Below, one piece after another: positions 17,411 to 24,645 of a stretch of 46,677 bases of DNA (positions within the stretch are counted from its first letter, which is position 1; every line of letters begins with the position of its first letter). This DNA is from an uncultured Candidatus Saccharibacteria bacterium (GTDB taxonomy: Bacteria; Patescibacteriota; Minisyncoccia; Phycocordibacterales; JACOZG01), in contig CAYICB010000006.1 of the NCBI GenBank assembly GCA_964361825.1, forward strand, positions 1 to 46,677, in the 5' to 3' direction. Position numbers and translations under genes: made by a program. Under the pieces are notes generated by a model. That model was not told the DNA's origin. It saw only the letters and a list, made by a program, of their open reading frames with translations, and made no database searches.

Positions 17411-18106
17411 TTAGGCAATCCGGTGCTTGCGGCGCCAGATTGCTGCTATACCACCGAGCGCCATAAGCGCAAGGCTGGTGGGTTCGGGCACGGCAACCCA
17501 TGTGTCGGCCGTGATGATGCCAGTGAACACCATTGAAGAACTCCAATCGGTCCACCAGTCCGGTTCTGGACCCGCATCTGTCCACGGCGTCTCGTTGAAG
17601 TTCATGGATGTGCTGGTGAAAACGCCTCCGGTTACTCGACCATCTCCGCTCCCACCACCCGACCAAATGTCGTCGAACTCGTTGTAGTTAAACCAACTGG
17701 AAGTGTTCCAATGGAGATCCAACGCCGGCGAGAATTGGTACAATTGGCTTTCGCCAGTTTCGTAATTATACCAAGTCACATGGGACACCGTTAAGTGTCC
17801 ACTGTTTCCTCCGCCGCCGCCTCCACCAGAGCCACCACTTGGTAGCTCATCGTCCGTTAGGATATTTCCCAACATATTGACGCGGAGTTCGAAGTACGCG
17901 TCACTGGTCGCAGGATCGCCGTTTAACCACAAATCTGTGGTCGAACCGACCGTGGTAACTTTCACATTTTGACCGTAAAAGTTGGCCCAGGCATTGCCGC
18001 TCGTGCCCGTGTCGTTGTTGAACGACGAGCCGGTATAGATTCCTCCACCAAACACTGGCACCGCAAGAACCATCATCGCCCACGCCAAAACCAAACACTT
18101 TTTCAT
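17411..18106 (-). CDS. PEP-CTERM sorting-domain secreted protein
   Basis: ATG 18106 preceded by AGGAGAG. Signal peptide MKKCLVLAWAMMVLAVPVFG. C-terminus VPEPTSLALMALGGIAAIWRRKHRIA is VPEP + TM + basic tail. Confidence 0.75.
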   Translation of the reverse strand: MKKCLVLAWAMMVLAVPVFGGGIYTGSSFNNDTGTSGNAWANFYGQNVKVTTVGSTTDLWLNGDPATSDAYFELRVNMLGNILTDDELPSGGSGGGGGGGNSGHLTVSHVTWYNYETGESQLYQFSPALDLHWNTSSWFNYNEFDDIWSGGGSGDGRVTGGVFTSTSMNFNETPWTDAGPEPDWWTDWSSSMVFTGIITADTWVAVPEPTSLALMALGGIAAIWRRKHRIA

Positions 18107-18203
18107 CACTAACTCTCCTGTTTTTTCGAAGAACTTCCACCTTGAGGCTGGGGCCACGCGGCCACCAGTCCATCCTCGGTAACCCTATCAGCTTGGGCAA
18201 TAT

Positions 18204-18232
18204 TTGTCAAGTCTTGGGCAATTTGCTATGAT
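18204..18232 (+). promoter_or_regulatory. trpS promoter TTGTCA-N17-TATGAT (TGc extended); its -35 overlaps a minus-strand TTGACA
   Basis: TTGTCAAGTC read directly. On the minus strand TTGACA-N17-TAGGGT faces the PEP-CTERM gene. Confidence 0.6.
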
Positions 18233-18245
18233 TTGGGGGTCAAAA

Positions 18246-19220
18246 ATGAATCAAGAACAGAAAATTTTACTTTCCGGCATTCAGCCCACGGGCGCGCCGC
18301 ATCTTGGCAATTATTTCGGCGCCATGCGGCAATTTGTTGAACTTCAGAACGAGTATCAGGCGCATATTATGATCGCCGATCTCCACGCGCTCACCACGGT
18401 GAAGGAGGCGAGTAAGTTGCGAGAAAATATTCTCAATCTCGCGATTGATTATTTGGCGATTGGTCTGGATCCAGAGAAGGTGGTGCTTTTTCGTCAATCG
18501 CAAGTGCCCGCGCACACCGAGCTCGCTTGGATTTTTAATTGTCTCGTCACGATGCCTTACCTCGAGCGCGCGCATGCTTATAAAGATGCCGAGCAGAAGG
18601 CCAAGGAGGTGAATGTGGGTCTTTTCGATTATCCGATTTTAATGGCGGCGGATATTCTTCTTTATGGTTCCGATGTGGTGCCGGTGGGGCAGGACCAGAA
18701 GCAACATGTGGAGATTGCGCGGGATGTAGCGGAAAAATTTAATCGAGTTTACAGCGAAGCTTTTAAACTGCCAGAAGCCCTTATTTTGCCCAATGTTGGC
18801 GTGGTGCCCGGTCTTGATGGTCGCAAGATGAGCAAGAGTTATGGCAACACTATTCCACTTTTTGCCGAGCCGGAGGAAATGAAAAAGCTCGTGATGAGTA
18901 TTAAGACTGACTCGAAGGGGGTGGAAGAAGCGAAGGATCCAGAAACTTGTAATGTATTTGCTTTGCACAAACTTTTTAGCGAAAACGATTTACCCGAACT
19001 CACCAAGCGGTATAAAGAAGGGGGGATTGGGTATGCGGAAGCGAAAGAGATTTTGTTTAACAATATGAATAATTATCTTGCGCCGTTACGGGAGAAACGA
19101 GCCGAAATTGCCAAGAACCCCGAGCATGTTCAAGAGATTTTGAAAGCCGGTGCCGAGAAAGCGCGCGCGGTCGCGAGCGAAAAGATGCAAAAAGTCCGAG
19201 AATTGGTAGGATTAAATTAA
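18246..19220 (+). CDS. trpS: tryptophan--tRNA ligase
   Basis: GIQPTGAPHLGNY (HIGH) and KMSKS at RKMSKSYGN. Start at MNQEQK. Confidence 0.92.
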   Translation: MNQEQKILLSGIQPTGAPHLGNYFGAMRQFVELQNEYQAHIMIADLHALTTVKEASKLRENILNLAIDYLAIGLDPEKVVLFRQSQVPAHTELAWIFNCLVTMPYLERAHAYKDAEQKAKEVNVGLFDYPILMAADILLYGSDVVPVGQDQKQHVEIARDVAEKFNRVYSEAFKLPEALILPNVGVVPGLDGRKMSKSYGNTIPLFAEPEEMKKLVMSIKTDSKGVEEAKDPETCNVFALHKLFSENDLPELTKRYKEGGIGYAEAKEILFNNMNNYLAPLREKRAEIAKNPEHVQEILKAGAEKARAVASEKMQKVRELVGLN

Positions 19221-20611
19221 TGCAGAGAATTTATACTAAAGACTTGGCGGCGCAGGTGGGTGAGGAAGTGACGCTTGCCGGTTGGGTGGATGTGCGGCGG
19301 GATCAGGGAAAGATGGTTTTTCTTGATTTGCGCGACATGACCGGCAAGGTGCAAATGGTCGCACTTCCTAGTCACGCCGAAGCCCTAGCGAAGGCGGACC
19401 GATTACGAACAGAATGGGTGATTGAAGTGCGCGGCAAGGTTAATAAGCGCCCGGAGAAAAATGTGAAGGCCGGTGTGATGAATGGTGATTTGGAAATAGA
19501 ACTTTTGGAAATTAAAATCTTGAATGAAGCCACTACGCCCGCGCTCGATATCTCCACCGACGGGCGCGAAGTGGGCGAGGAAACGCGGCTGAAATATCGT
19601 TACCTCGATCTGCGTCGGCCCCGATTGCAAAACAATCTTCGCTCGCGTCACGCGATTGTTAAACTGATTCGCGATCACCTTTCGGCGCAGAATTTTACGG
19701 AAGTCGAGACGCCGATTCTCACCAAGAGTACGCCCGAAGGCGCGCGCGATTATGTGGTGCCGTCGCGCCTCTACCAAGGAAAATTTTATGCTTTGCCGCA
19801 ATCGCCTCAGCAATATAAGCAACTTCTTATGGCTGCTGGCTTAGAGAAGTATTTCCAGATTGCCCGTTGCTTCCGCGATGAAGACACGCGAGGGGATAGG
19901 CAGCCCGAGTTTACCCAGCTCGACCTCGAGATGAGCTTTGTGATGCGCGAAGAGGTGATGGCGCTCAATGAAGAATTATTGATTAAAATTGTGGAGACTT
20001 TGTTTCCGGAGAAGAAAATTCAAACCAAACCTTTCCCGCGTTTGACCTATAAAGAAGCGATGGAAAAATACGGCACCGATCGACCAGATTTGCGAGAAGA
20101 TAAAGGAAATAAAGATTTGCTCGCTTTTTGTTGGGTCATAGATTTTCCGTTCTTCGAAAAAGCCGAAGACGGATCTTGGACCTTCACGCACAATCCTTTT
20201 TCCGCGCCACAGCCGGAGTATAAAGCGTGGCTCGAGAATAAAGAAAAAATTGGCGAGATTCTTACTAGTCAATACGATGTGGCGCTTAATGGCTTCGAGA
20301 TTGGCGGGGGGAGTATCCGGAACCACGAGCCAGAAGCGTTGCGGAAAGTGTTTGAAATTTTGGGTTACGAGTCAGAAAGAATCGAGAAAAATTTTGGTCA
20401 TATGCTCGCGGCGCTCGCTTCTGGTTGCCCGCCGCATGGTGGGATTGCTTGGGGCTTAGATCGGCTAGTAACCTTACTTTTGGGCGAACCGAATATCCGC
20501 GAAGTCATTGCCTTTCCCAAGACCGGCGAAGGCCGCGACCTCATGATGGACGCCCCGAGCGAGATTGAAGAGAAGCAACTCAAAGAACTCGGTTTAAATA
20601 TTAAAAAATAA
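19220..20611 (+). CDS. aspS: aspartate--tRNA ligase, bacterial-type core lacking the GAD insertion domain
   Basis: OB-fold N-terminus, QSPQQYKQLLM and FRDEDTRGDRQPEFTQLDLEMSF motifs, GGGSIR motif 3. TAATG overlap with trpS. 463 aa. Confidence 0.92.
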   Translation: MQRIYTKDLAAQVGEEVTLAGWVDVRRDQGKMVFLDLRDMTGKVQMVALPSHAEALAKADRLRTEWVIEVRGKVNKRPEKNVKAGVMNGDLEIELLEIKILNEATTPALDISTDGREVGEETRLKYRYLDLRRPRLQNNLRSRHAIVKLIRDHLSAQNFTEVETPILTKSTPEGARDYVVPSRLYQGKFYALPQSPQQYKQLLMAAGLEKYFQIARCFRDEDTRGDRQPEFTQLDLEMSFVMREEVMALNEELLIKIVETLFPEKKIQTKPFPRLTYKEAMEKYGTDRPDLREDKGNKDLLAFCWVIDFPFFEKAEDGSWTFTHNPFSAPQPEYKAWLENKEKIGEILTSQYDVALNGFEIGGGSIRNHEPEALRKVFEILGYESERIEKNFGHMLAALASGCPPHGGIAWGLDRLVTLLLGEPNIREVIAFPKTGEGRDLMMDAPSEIEEKQLKELGLNIKK

Positions 20612-20641
20612 AAACCGCTCGCGATGAAGCGAGACGGTTTG
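20612..20641. terminator. bidirectional terminator (stronger on the minus strand)
   Basis: AACCGCTCGC-GATGAA-GCGAGACGGTT with A/T tracts on both sides. Confidence 0.75.
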
Positions 20642-20669
20642 TGGTGGTGGGGTTGGGGTAAGTGATCAG

Positions 20670-20888
20670 TCAACTTAGACCGGCTGGATCGGATCCAAAC
20701 GAGACGGCAAACCAAGGAATGAAGGCCAGTATGGCCACAAGGATTACCCACTCGATGCAGGTCCAACCCCATCGTTCGTTTTTTGCGGGGCGGGTTGTTC
20801 GAACCACGACCACCCCTAGAGCCCAGATGACCCCCAAAAGAGCGAACCCAAAACCAAGAATTAGTAGGATTAATAAGATAAATTCCAT
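20670..20888 (-). CDS. small two-TM membrane protein (cassette 1)
   Basis: 72 aa. GAGGAG 8 nt before the ATG. Own promoter (20959-20988) and terminator. Confidence 0.6.
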   Translation of the reverse strand: MEFILLILLILGFGFALLGVIWALGVVVVRTTRPAKNERWGWTCIEWVILVAILAFIPWFAVSFGSDPAGLS

Positions 20889-20958
20889 GTTTACAACTCC
20901 TCAACCCAAGTTTTGAGCCACGCGCTCGCTACTTAGAATTGGTAACTTTTCTGCCACC

Positions 20959-20988
20959 AGCCTAGCACGAATGTGGCTATATTGTCAA
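20959..20988 (-). promoter_or_regulatory. minus-strand promoter TTGACA-N18-TGcTAGGCT (module copy A)
   Basis: Same architecture and partly identical sequence as 22001-22030 and 22454-22483. Confidence 0.65.
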
Positions 20989-21020
20989 GTCTCGCGGAGG
21001 GGTGAAAAAACGGTATAGTT
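20982..21020. repeat. 39-bp conserved block TTGTCAAGTCTCGCGGAGGGGTRAAAAAACGGTATAGTT (copy A)
   Basis: 38/39 identical to 22477-22515. Confidence 0.9.
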
Positions 21021-21047
21021 GGCAAAGGTTAAAAAGTAAGGTAGTAT
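21019..21047 (+). promoter_or_regulatory. promoter TTGGCA-N17-TAGTAT, 7 nt before ATG 21055
   Basis: Read directly. No SD. Confidence 0.5.
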
Positions 21048-21054
21048 TATTTTT

Positions 21055-21252
21055 ATGAAAAAAGGTGAAAAAGTTATCTCGGCTCCTGATTTGTCATTGC
21101 TCAATGAGCAACACGCAAATAAGTGGGTGGCTTTCTCGAGCGATTACAAAAAGATTGTCGCGGTGGGCGACAATCTCGCTGATGTGTCTGGCGATTCTCG
21201 AGTGGTGATGAAAGTTTTACCAAAACTTGGTTACGCACCAGTGGTAATTTAA
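21055..21252 (+). CDS. DUF5678-like small protein
   Basis: 65 aa. NKWVAFSSDYKKIVAVGDNLADV resembles the DUF5678 pattern (..KWVAI..g.vva.g.sl.ev) as I recall it. Confidence 0.55.
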   Translation: MKKGEKVISAPDLSLLNEQHANKWVAFSSDYKKIVAVGDNLADVSGDSRVVMKVLPKLGYAPVVI

Positions 21253-21256
21253 GCTG

Positions 21257-21466
21257 ATGAAGTTTCAGTATCAAGCGGCTTTAGGGGTTTCTGATACGCG
21301 TGGGCACATGGTTAAACGGCCGGTGCTAGAAGTTGAACTGATGGGGGTTAATGGGAAGAAAATCACCACCTTAGGAATTCTTGATTCTGGAGCTGACACC
21401 ACCACAATAAATCTTCAGTATGCCCACGCTTTGGGGATTAGGGTTGATGATAGTGACCAAAATTAA
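21257..21466 (+). CDS. retropepsin-like (clan AA) aspartic protease, N-terminal fragment
   Basis: LGILDSGADTTTINLQYAHALGI contains the D-S/T-G-A active-site motif. The ORF stops at TAA 21464-21466. Confidence 0.65.
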   Translation: MKFQYQAALGVSDTRGHMVKRPVLEVELMGVNGKKITTLGILDSGADTTTINLQYAHALGIRVDDSDQN

Positions 21467-21467
21467 T

Positions 21468-21596
21468 TTACCAGTTTGGTTTGTGGATAGCGAAAATGTT
21501 GATTTACTAATTGGCCAAGAGGTTTTTTTCGATCAACACAAAATTCGCTTCGAGAAAGATCACGATACGTTTGAGATTACAGAGGTGAGAAAGTAA
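21468..21596 (+). pseudogene. C-terminal remainder of the aspartic protease in the +1 frame
   Basis: LPVWFVDSENVDLLIGQEVFFDQHKIRFEKDHDTFEI matches the usual C-terminal ..d.LLG.d.l....i.fd..... segment of these proteases. No start codon of its own. Confidence 0.5.
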
Positions 21597-21647
21597 AAAA
21601 CAATAAACCCGCCTCACGACAGGTTTATTGTGCCTGTCAGGGCGGGT
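21595..21647 (-). terminator. terminator module copy A (minus strand), ends 1 nt after the cassette-2 stop
   Basis: ACCCGCC...GGCGGGT stem with inner GACAGG/CCTGTC. Minus strand followed by TTATTGTTTTTT. 21596-21621 is identical to 22162-22187. Confidence 0.8.
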
Positions 21648-21648
21648 A

Positions 21649-21933
21649 CTATAGGGTTGCAGAGACCACCAAGACAAACAAGATGGTGGAATTTAAAGCG
21701 AGGGAAACAATAATAATCCGAACAAAACCTTTTTGGCTCATTGTGTTGGCTGCGCCTAGGAGTGCCCCAAAAATAAAAGACACACCGAGACTTGAGCATA
21801 CCAGTGATCTCTGTACCCCGACCTTCTCAACTTCCTTGAGAAGTCCAAAGTGAACTAGTGTCAACACAATTCCTGTGATTAAAAAGATTGCCAGGGGGGC
21901 GGCATACACGATTAGTTTCTGTCTGGATAACAT
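21649..21933 (-). CDS. small three-TM membrane protein (cassette 2)
   Basis: 94 aa from MLSRQK. AAGGAG 6 nt before the ATG. The ORF-track ATG at 22017 lies upstream of the predicted -10 (22001-22006). Confidence 0.55.
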   Translation of the reverse strand: MLSRQKLIVYAAPLAIFLITGIVLTLVHFGLLKEVEKVGVQRSLVCSSLGVSFIFGALLGAANTMSQKGFVRIIIVSLALNSTILFVLVVSATL

Positions 21934-22000
21934 TTCAAACTCCTTATCTCGAGACTTTGTTTGGGTAGCGGTCTTCCGACGAGAAGGCCTTTCCGCGCAC

Positions 22001-22030
22001 AGCTTAGCATATTGCACACTATCTTGTCAA
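22001..22030 (-). promoter_or_regulatory. minus-strand promoter TTGACA-N18-TGcTAAGCT (module copy C)
   Basis: Read directly. Shares ATCTTGTCAAGTCTCGCGG with copy B. Confidence 0.6.
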
Positions 22031-22053
22031 GTCTCGCGGGCATTTTTCTTAAT

Positions 22054-22074
22054 GTGTGACATTCGGTGTCAAAC
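22054..22074. promoter_or_regulatory. 21-nt motif GTGTGACATTCGGTGTCAAAC (ACATYNRATGT family, degenerate copy)
   Basis: 16/21 match to 40166-40186. Overlapping palindrome AATGT-GTG-ACATT at 22051-22063. Confidence 0.4.
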
Positions 22075-22161
22075 AAAACCAACTCTATAGACAGAAGGAC
22101 CTCAAACCACAAGTGTAATACAATCCTAACGGTCGTGGGAAATGTGTTACGCCTTAATTTT

Positions 22162-22220
22162 AAAAACAATAAACCCGCCTCACGACACGACGGGCCTATT
22201 TCCGGTCGCTGCGGGCGGGT
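22162..22220 (-). terminator. terminator module copy B (minus strand), stem overlaps the cassette-3 stop codon
   Basis: ACCCGCC (22173-22179) pairs with GGCGGGT (22214-22220). Same 26-nt tail AAAAACAATAAACCCGCCTCACGACA as copy A. Confidence 0.75.
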
Positions 22221-22390
22221 CAGGTTGTCATTGCCCAGTAAAGGGCCGCGCCGCAAATTGTTCGTAACATTTTGCAGGCGAATACCCCGAACTGGCTGAC
22301 ACCTTCTTTGTATTCAATCCTCGCGATCTTTTCAGCGAAGACCATTATGGCTGCGTTCAGTAGAATTACTACAACAACCTTTGCGCTCAT
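22220..22390 (-). CDS. small membrane-associated protein (cassette 3)
   Basis: 56 aa from MSAKVVVVILLNAAIMVFA. GGGAGA 5 nt before the ATG. Promoter at 22454-22483. Confidence 0.45.
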   Translation of the reverse strand: MSAKVVVVILLNAAIMVFAEKIARIEYKEGVSQFGVFACKMLRTICGAALYWAMTT

Positions 22391-22453
22391 ACTTTCTCCC
22401 TTTCTGAAAATTGTTGAGTTGATCAAATGCGGCCAACCTGAAGTTCCGCCACC

Positions 22454-22483
22454 AGTCTAGCATTTATATTCTTATCTTGTCAA
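22454..22483 (-). promoter_or_regulatory. minus-strand promoter TTGACA-N18-TGcTAGACT (module copy B)
   Basis: Read directly. Confidence 0.65.
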
Positions 22484-22515
22484 GTCTCGCGGAGGGGTAA
22501 AAAAACGGTATAGTT
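22477..22515. repeat. 39-bp conserved block (copy B)
   Basis: 38/39 identical to 20982-21020. Its TATAGT lies 12 nt before the scpA ATG. Confidence 0.9.
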
Positions 22516-22526
22516 TGGGGGTAAAA

Positions 22527-23252
22527 ATGGAAAATGATTTTAAGGTTAAAGTGGGGGAATATGAGGGGCCGCTTCCGCTCATTTTGGATTTGATCGAAAA
22601 GCGCAAACTGCATGTGAGCGAAGTGGCGCTCGCGCAGGTGACGGATGATTATGTGGAATATCTTAAGCGATTTGATTCAACCATGTCGGCCATGGCCGAT
22701 TTTATTTTGGTGGCGGCGACCTTGATGCTGATTAAATCAGTGGCCCTGTTGCCCACCCTGCAACTTAATGAAGAAGAGAAGGCGAGTGTGGAGGAGCTCG
22801 AGCGCCGGCTCAAAATGTATCAAATTATTCGCGACGCTGTTCCCAGATTAAATGAAGCTTGGGGAGCGCAAACTATTTTCTTTAGGCAAGAAGCGAAGAA
22901 TGTTGAACCAGTTTTCACTGTGACCCCAGAAATTAGTTTGAGTAATTTGGCGCAAGCGATTAAGAGCTTGCTCCAAGCTTTGCCGGTGCCAGAGAAGCTC
23001 GCGCAGGTGGTGGTGAAGAAAGTGATTAGTTTGGAAGAAGTAATTACCGATCTTGCCTCGCGCGCCGAGCGGGCGCTTAACCTTAGCTTCCGCGATTTTG
23101 TGAAAGATAAAAAAGAGAAGGTTAATGTGATCGTGAGCTTCCTCGGGATGCTTGAGCTCGTGCGTCGGGGTTTGCTTGAGGTGCGGCAAGAGGCGCATTT
23201 CCGTGATATCCGCATGGAGTCGACACAAGCGGGGGTTCCCAGATATGATTAA
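22527..23252 (+). CDS. scpA: segregation and condensation protein A
   Basis: EYEGPLPLILDLIEKRKLHVSEVALAQVTDDY matches the ScpA N-terminus. Followed by scpB. Confidence 0.88.
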   Translation: MENDFKVKVGEYEGPLPLILDLIEKRKLHVSEVALAQVTDDYVEYLKRFDSTMSAMADFILVAATLMLIKSVALLPTLQLNEEEKASVEELERRLKMYQIIRDAVPRLNEAWGAQTIFFRQEAKNVEPVFTVTPEISLSNLAQAIKSLLQALPVPEKLAQVVVKKVISLEEVITDLASRAERALNLSFRDFVKDKKEKVNVIVSFLGMLELVRRGLLEVRQEAHFRDIRMESTQAGVPRYD

Positions 23253-23255
23253 CTT

Positions 23256-23792
23256 ATGAATCTCGAAGCGCAAATTGAGGCAATTCTTTTTTGGAAAGCG
23301 GAGCCCGTGAGTGTGAAAACGCTCGCGCAGATTCTGGGTAAAAACGAAGTAGAAATTGGCGAAGCGTTAAATAATTTAGAAACAGCGTTGGTTGGTCGAG
23401 GCTTGAGATTGGTGCGCAAAGACGATGAGGTGATGCTGGGCACCGCGCCAGAGGTGGGGGAGCTGATCGAGAAGTTAACTCGAGAGGAACTCTCACGCGA
23501 TATTGGCAAGGCCGGGCTTGAGACTCTTGCGGTGATCATTTACCAAGGCCCCGTGTCGCGCGCGCAAATTGATTATGTGCGCGGCGTGAACTCGAGCTTT
23601 ATTGTGCGCCATCTCCTCGTGCGCGGCTTAGTGGAGAAAGTGCCGAATCCGGAAGATGCGCGTAGTTTCCTTTATCGTCCCACCTTTGATTTGCTTAGTC
23701 ATTTGGGGATTAGTAAGCTCGAAGAGGCACCGGATTATGAGGTGGTTAAACAAAAACTTAATGAATTCATCTCTCACCCTAATAAAAATTAA
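23256..23792 (+). CDS. scpB: segregation and condensation protein B
   Basis: IEAILFWKAEPVSVKTLAQIL and ETLAVIIYQGPVSRAQIDYVRGV are tandem winged-helix ScpB motifs. Confidence 0.88.
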   Translation: MNLEAQIEAILFWKAEPVSVKTLAQILGKNEVEIGEALNNLETALVGRGLRLVRKDDEVMLGTAPEVGELIEKLTREELSRDIGKAGLETLAVIIYQGPVSRAQIDYVRGVNSSFIVRHLLVRGLVEKVPNPEDARSFLYRPTFDLLSHLGISKLEEAPDYEVVKQKLNEFISHPNKN

Positions 23793-23799
23793 GGCATTA

Positions 23800-24630
23800 A
23801 TGGTTGGAGGCCTTTTGCTCTTGGTGGTTTTTTTGGTGATTACCGAACGAGAAAATTTAGAACCAGTTTTAACTCCGGTGCCCATTCCTCAAACACAGTT
23901 TGTTGTTCCCAAAAACATTTTGGCGCGCGCGGTGCTGGTTTATGATCTCACCACCCAGCAAACTCTTTTTGCTAAGCAAGCCGACCGACCCCTGCCCACC
24001 GCCTCACTGTCTAAGGTGATGACGGCCTTGCTCGCTACCGAGAATTTAAATGCCACCAGCACCGTGGCTTTGAGCGAAGATTTTTTCTCGCTAACTAAAT
24101 TAATTAATCTCACTTTACTAGCTTCAATTAATGATGGGGCCGAGGCGCTAGCCATGGCGGTGGAGCAGCAAACTGGCAAAAACTTTGTCGAAACCATGAA
24201 TCGCCGCGCGCGGGAGCTCGGCCTCGAGCAAACCTTTTTCTTGGATGCGTCGGGGCTCGACTGGTCTACCAACCTTGCTGGTGGTTACAGCTCGGCGCGT
24301 GATTTGGCGACCCTTTTTTCTTATATTGTCGAGCAGGAACCGGCTTTGCTGGAGGCGACCAAAGAGACTGGGTTAATTATTAAGTCTGGTACGGGGCAAC
24401 TTTATTTTCCGGCCAATACCAATAAGGCCGCTTCAGCCATTCCCGACTTATTAGCATCGAAAACTGGTTCCACCGATTTGGCTGGTGGCAATTTAGTAAC
24501 CGTCTTCGATCGCGGTCTCAATCAGCCCGTAATTATTGTGGTGCTCGGCTCTACTCTTGACGGCCGTTTTGCTGATACCACCACCTTGGCACAAGCCACA
24601 TTAGAATACTTCGCGAAAAACGCCTTTTGA
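23800..24630 (+). CDS. D-alanyl-D-alanine carboxypeptidase (S11, PBP5-like)
   Basis: SxxK (SLSKVM), SxN (SINDGA), KTG (KTGST). N-terminal anchor. Alternative start ATG 23761 would overlap scpB. Confidence 0.85.
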   Translation: MVGGLLLLVVFLVITERENLEPVLTPVPIPQTQFVVPKNILARAVLVYDLTTQQTLFAKQADRPLPTASLSKVMTALLATENLNATSTVALSEDFFSLTKLINLTLLASINDGAEALAMAVEQQTGKNFVETMNRRARELGLEQTFFLDASGLDWSTNLAGGYSSARDLATLFSYIVEQEPALLEATKETGLIIKSGTGQLYFPANTNKAASAIPDLLASKTGSTDLAGGNLVTVFDRGLNQPVIIVVLGSTLDGRFADTTTLAQATLEYFAKNAF

Positions 24631-24645
24631 GCTATACTACGCCCG

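Noticed and set aside
20398-20904. 168-aa minus-strand ORF spanning the aspS 3' end and small-membrane cassette 1
   Set aside because: It overlaps the conserved aspS C-terminus and crosses a terminator hairpin. The 72-aa ORF in another frame has an SD and a matching promoter.
22066-22299. 77-aa plus-strand ORF in the gap between cassettes 2 and 3
   Set aside because: It runs through the cassette-3 terminator and coding region on the opposite strand. It has no SD or -10 context, and its product is basic low complexity.
23656-23799. ORF-track start of the S11 carboxypeptidase at 23656
   Set aside because: It would overlap 137 nt of scpB in another frame. ATG 23800 (or possibly 23761) begins directly at the membrane anchor.
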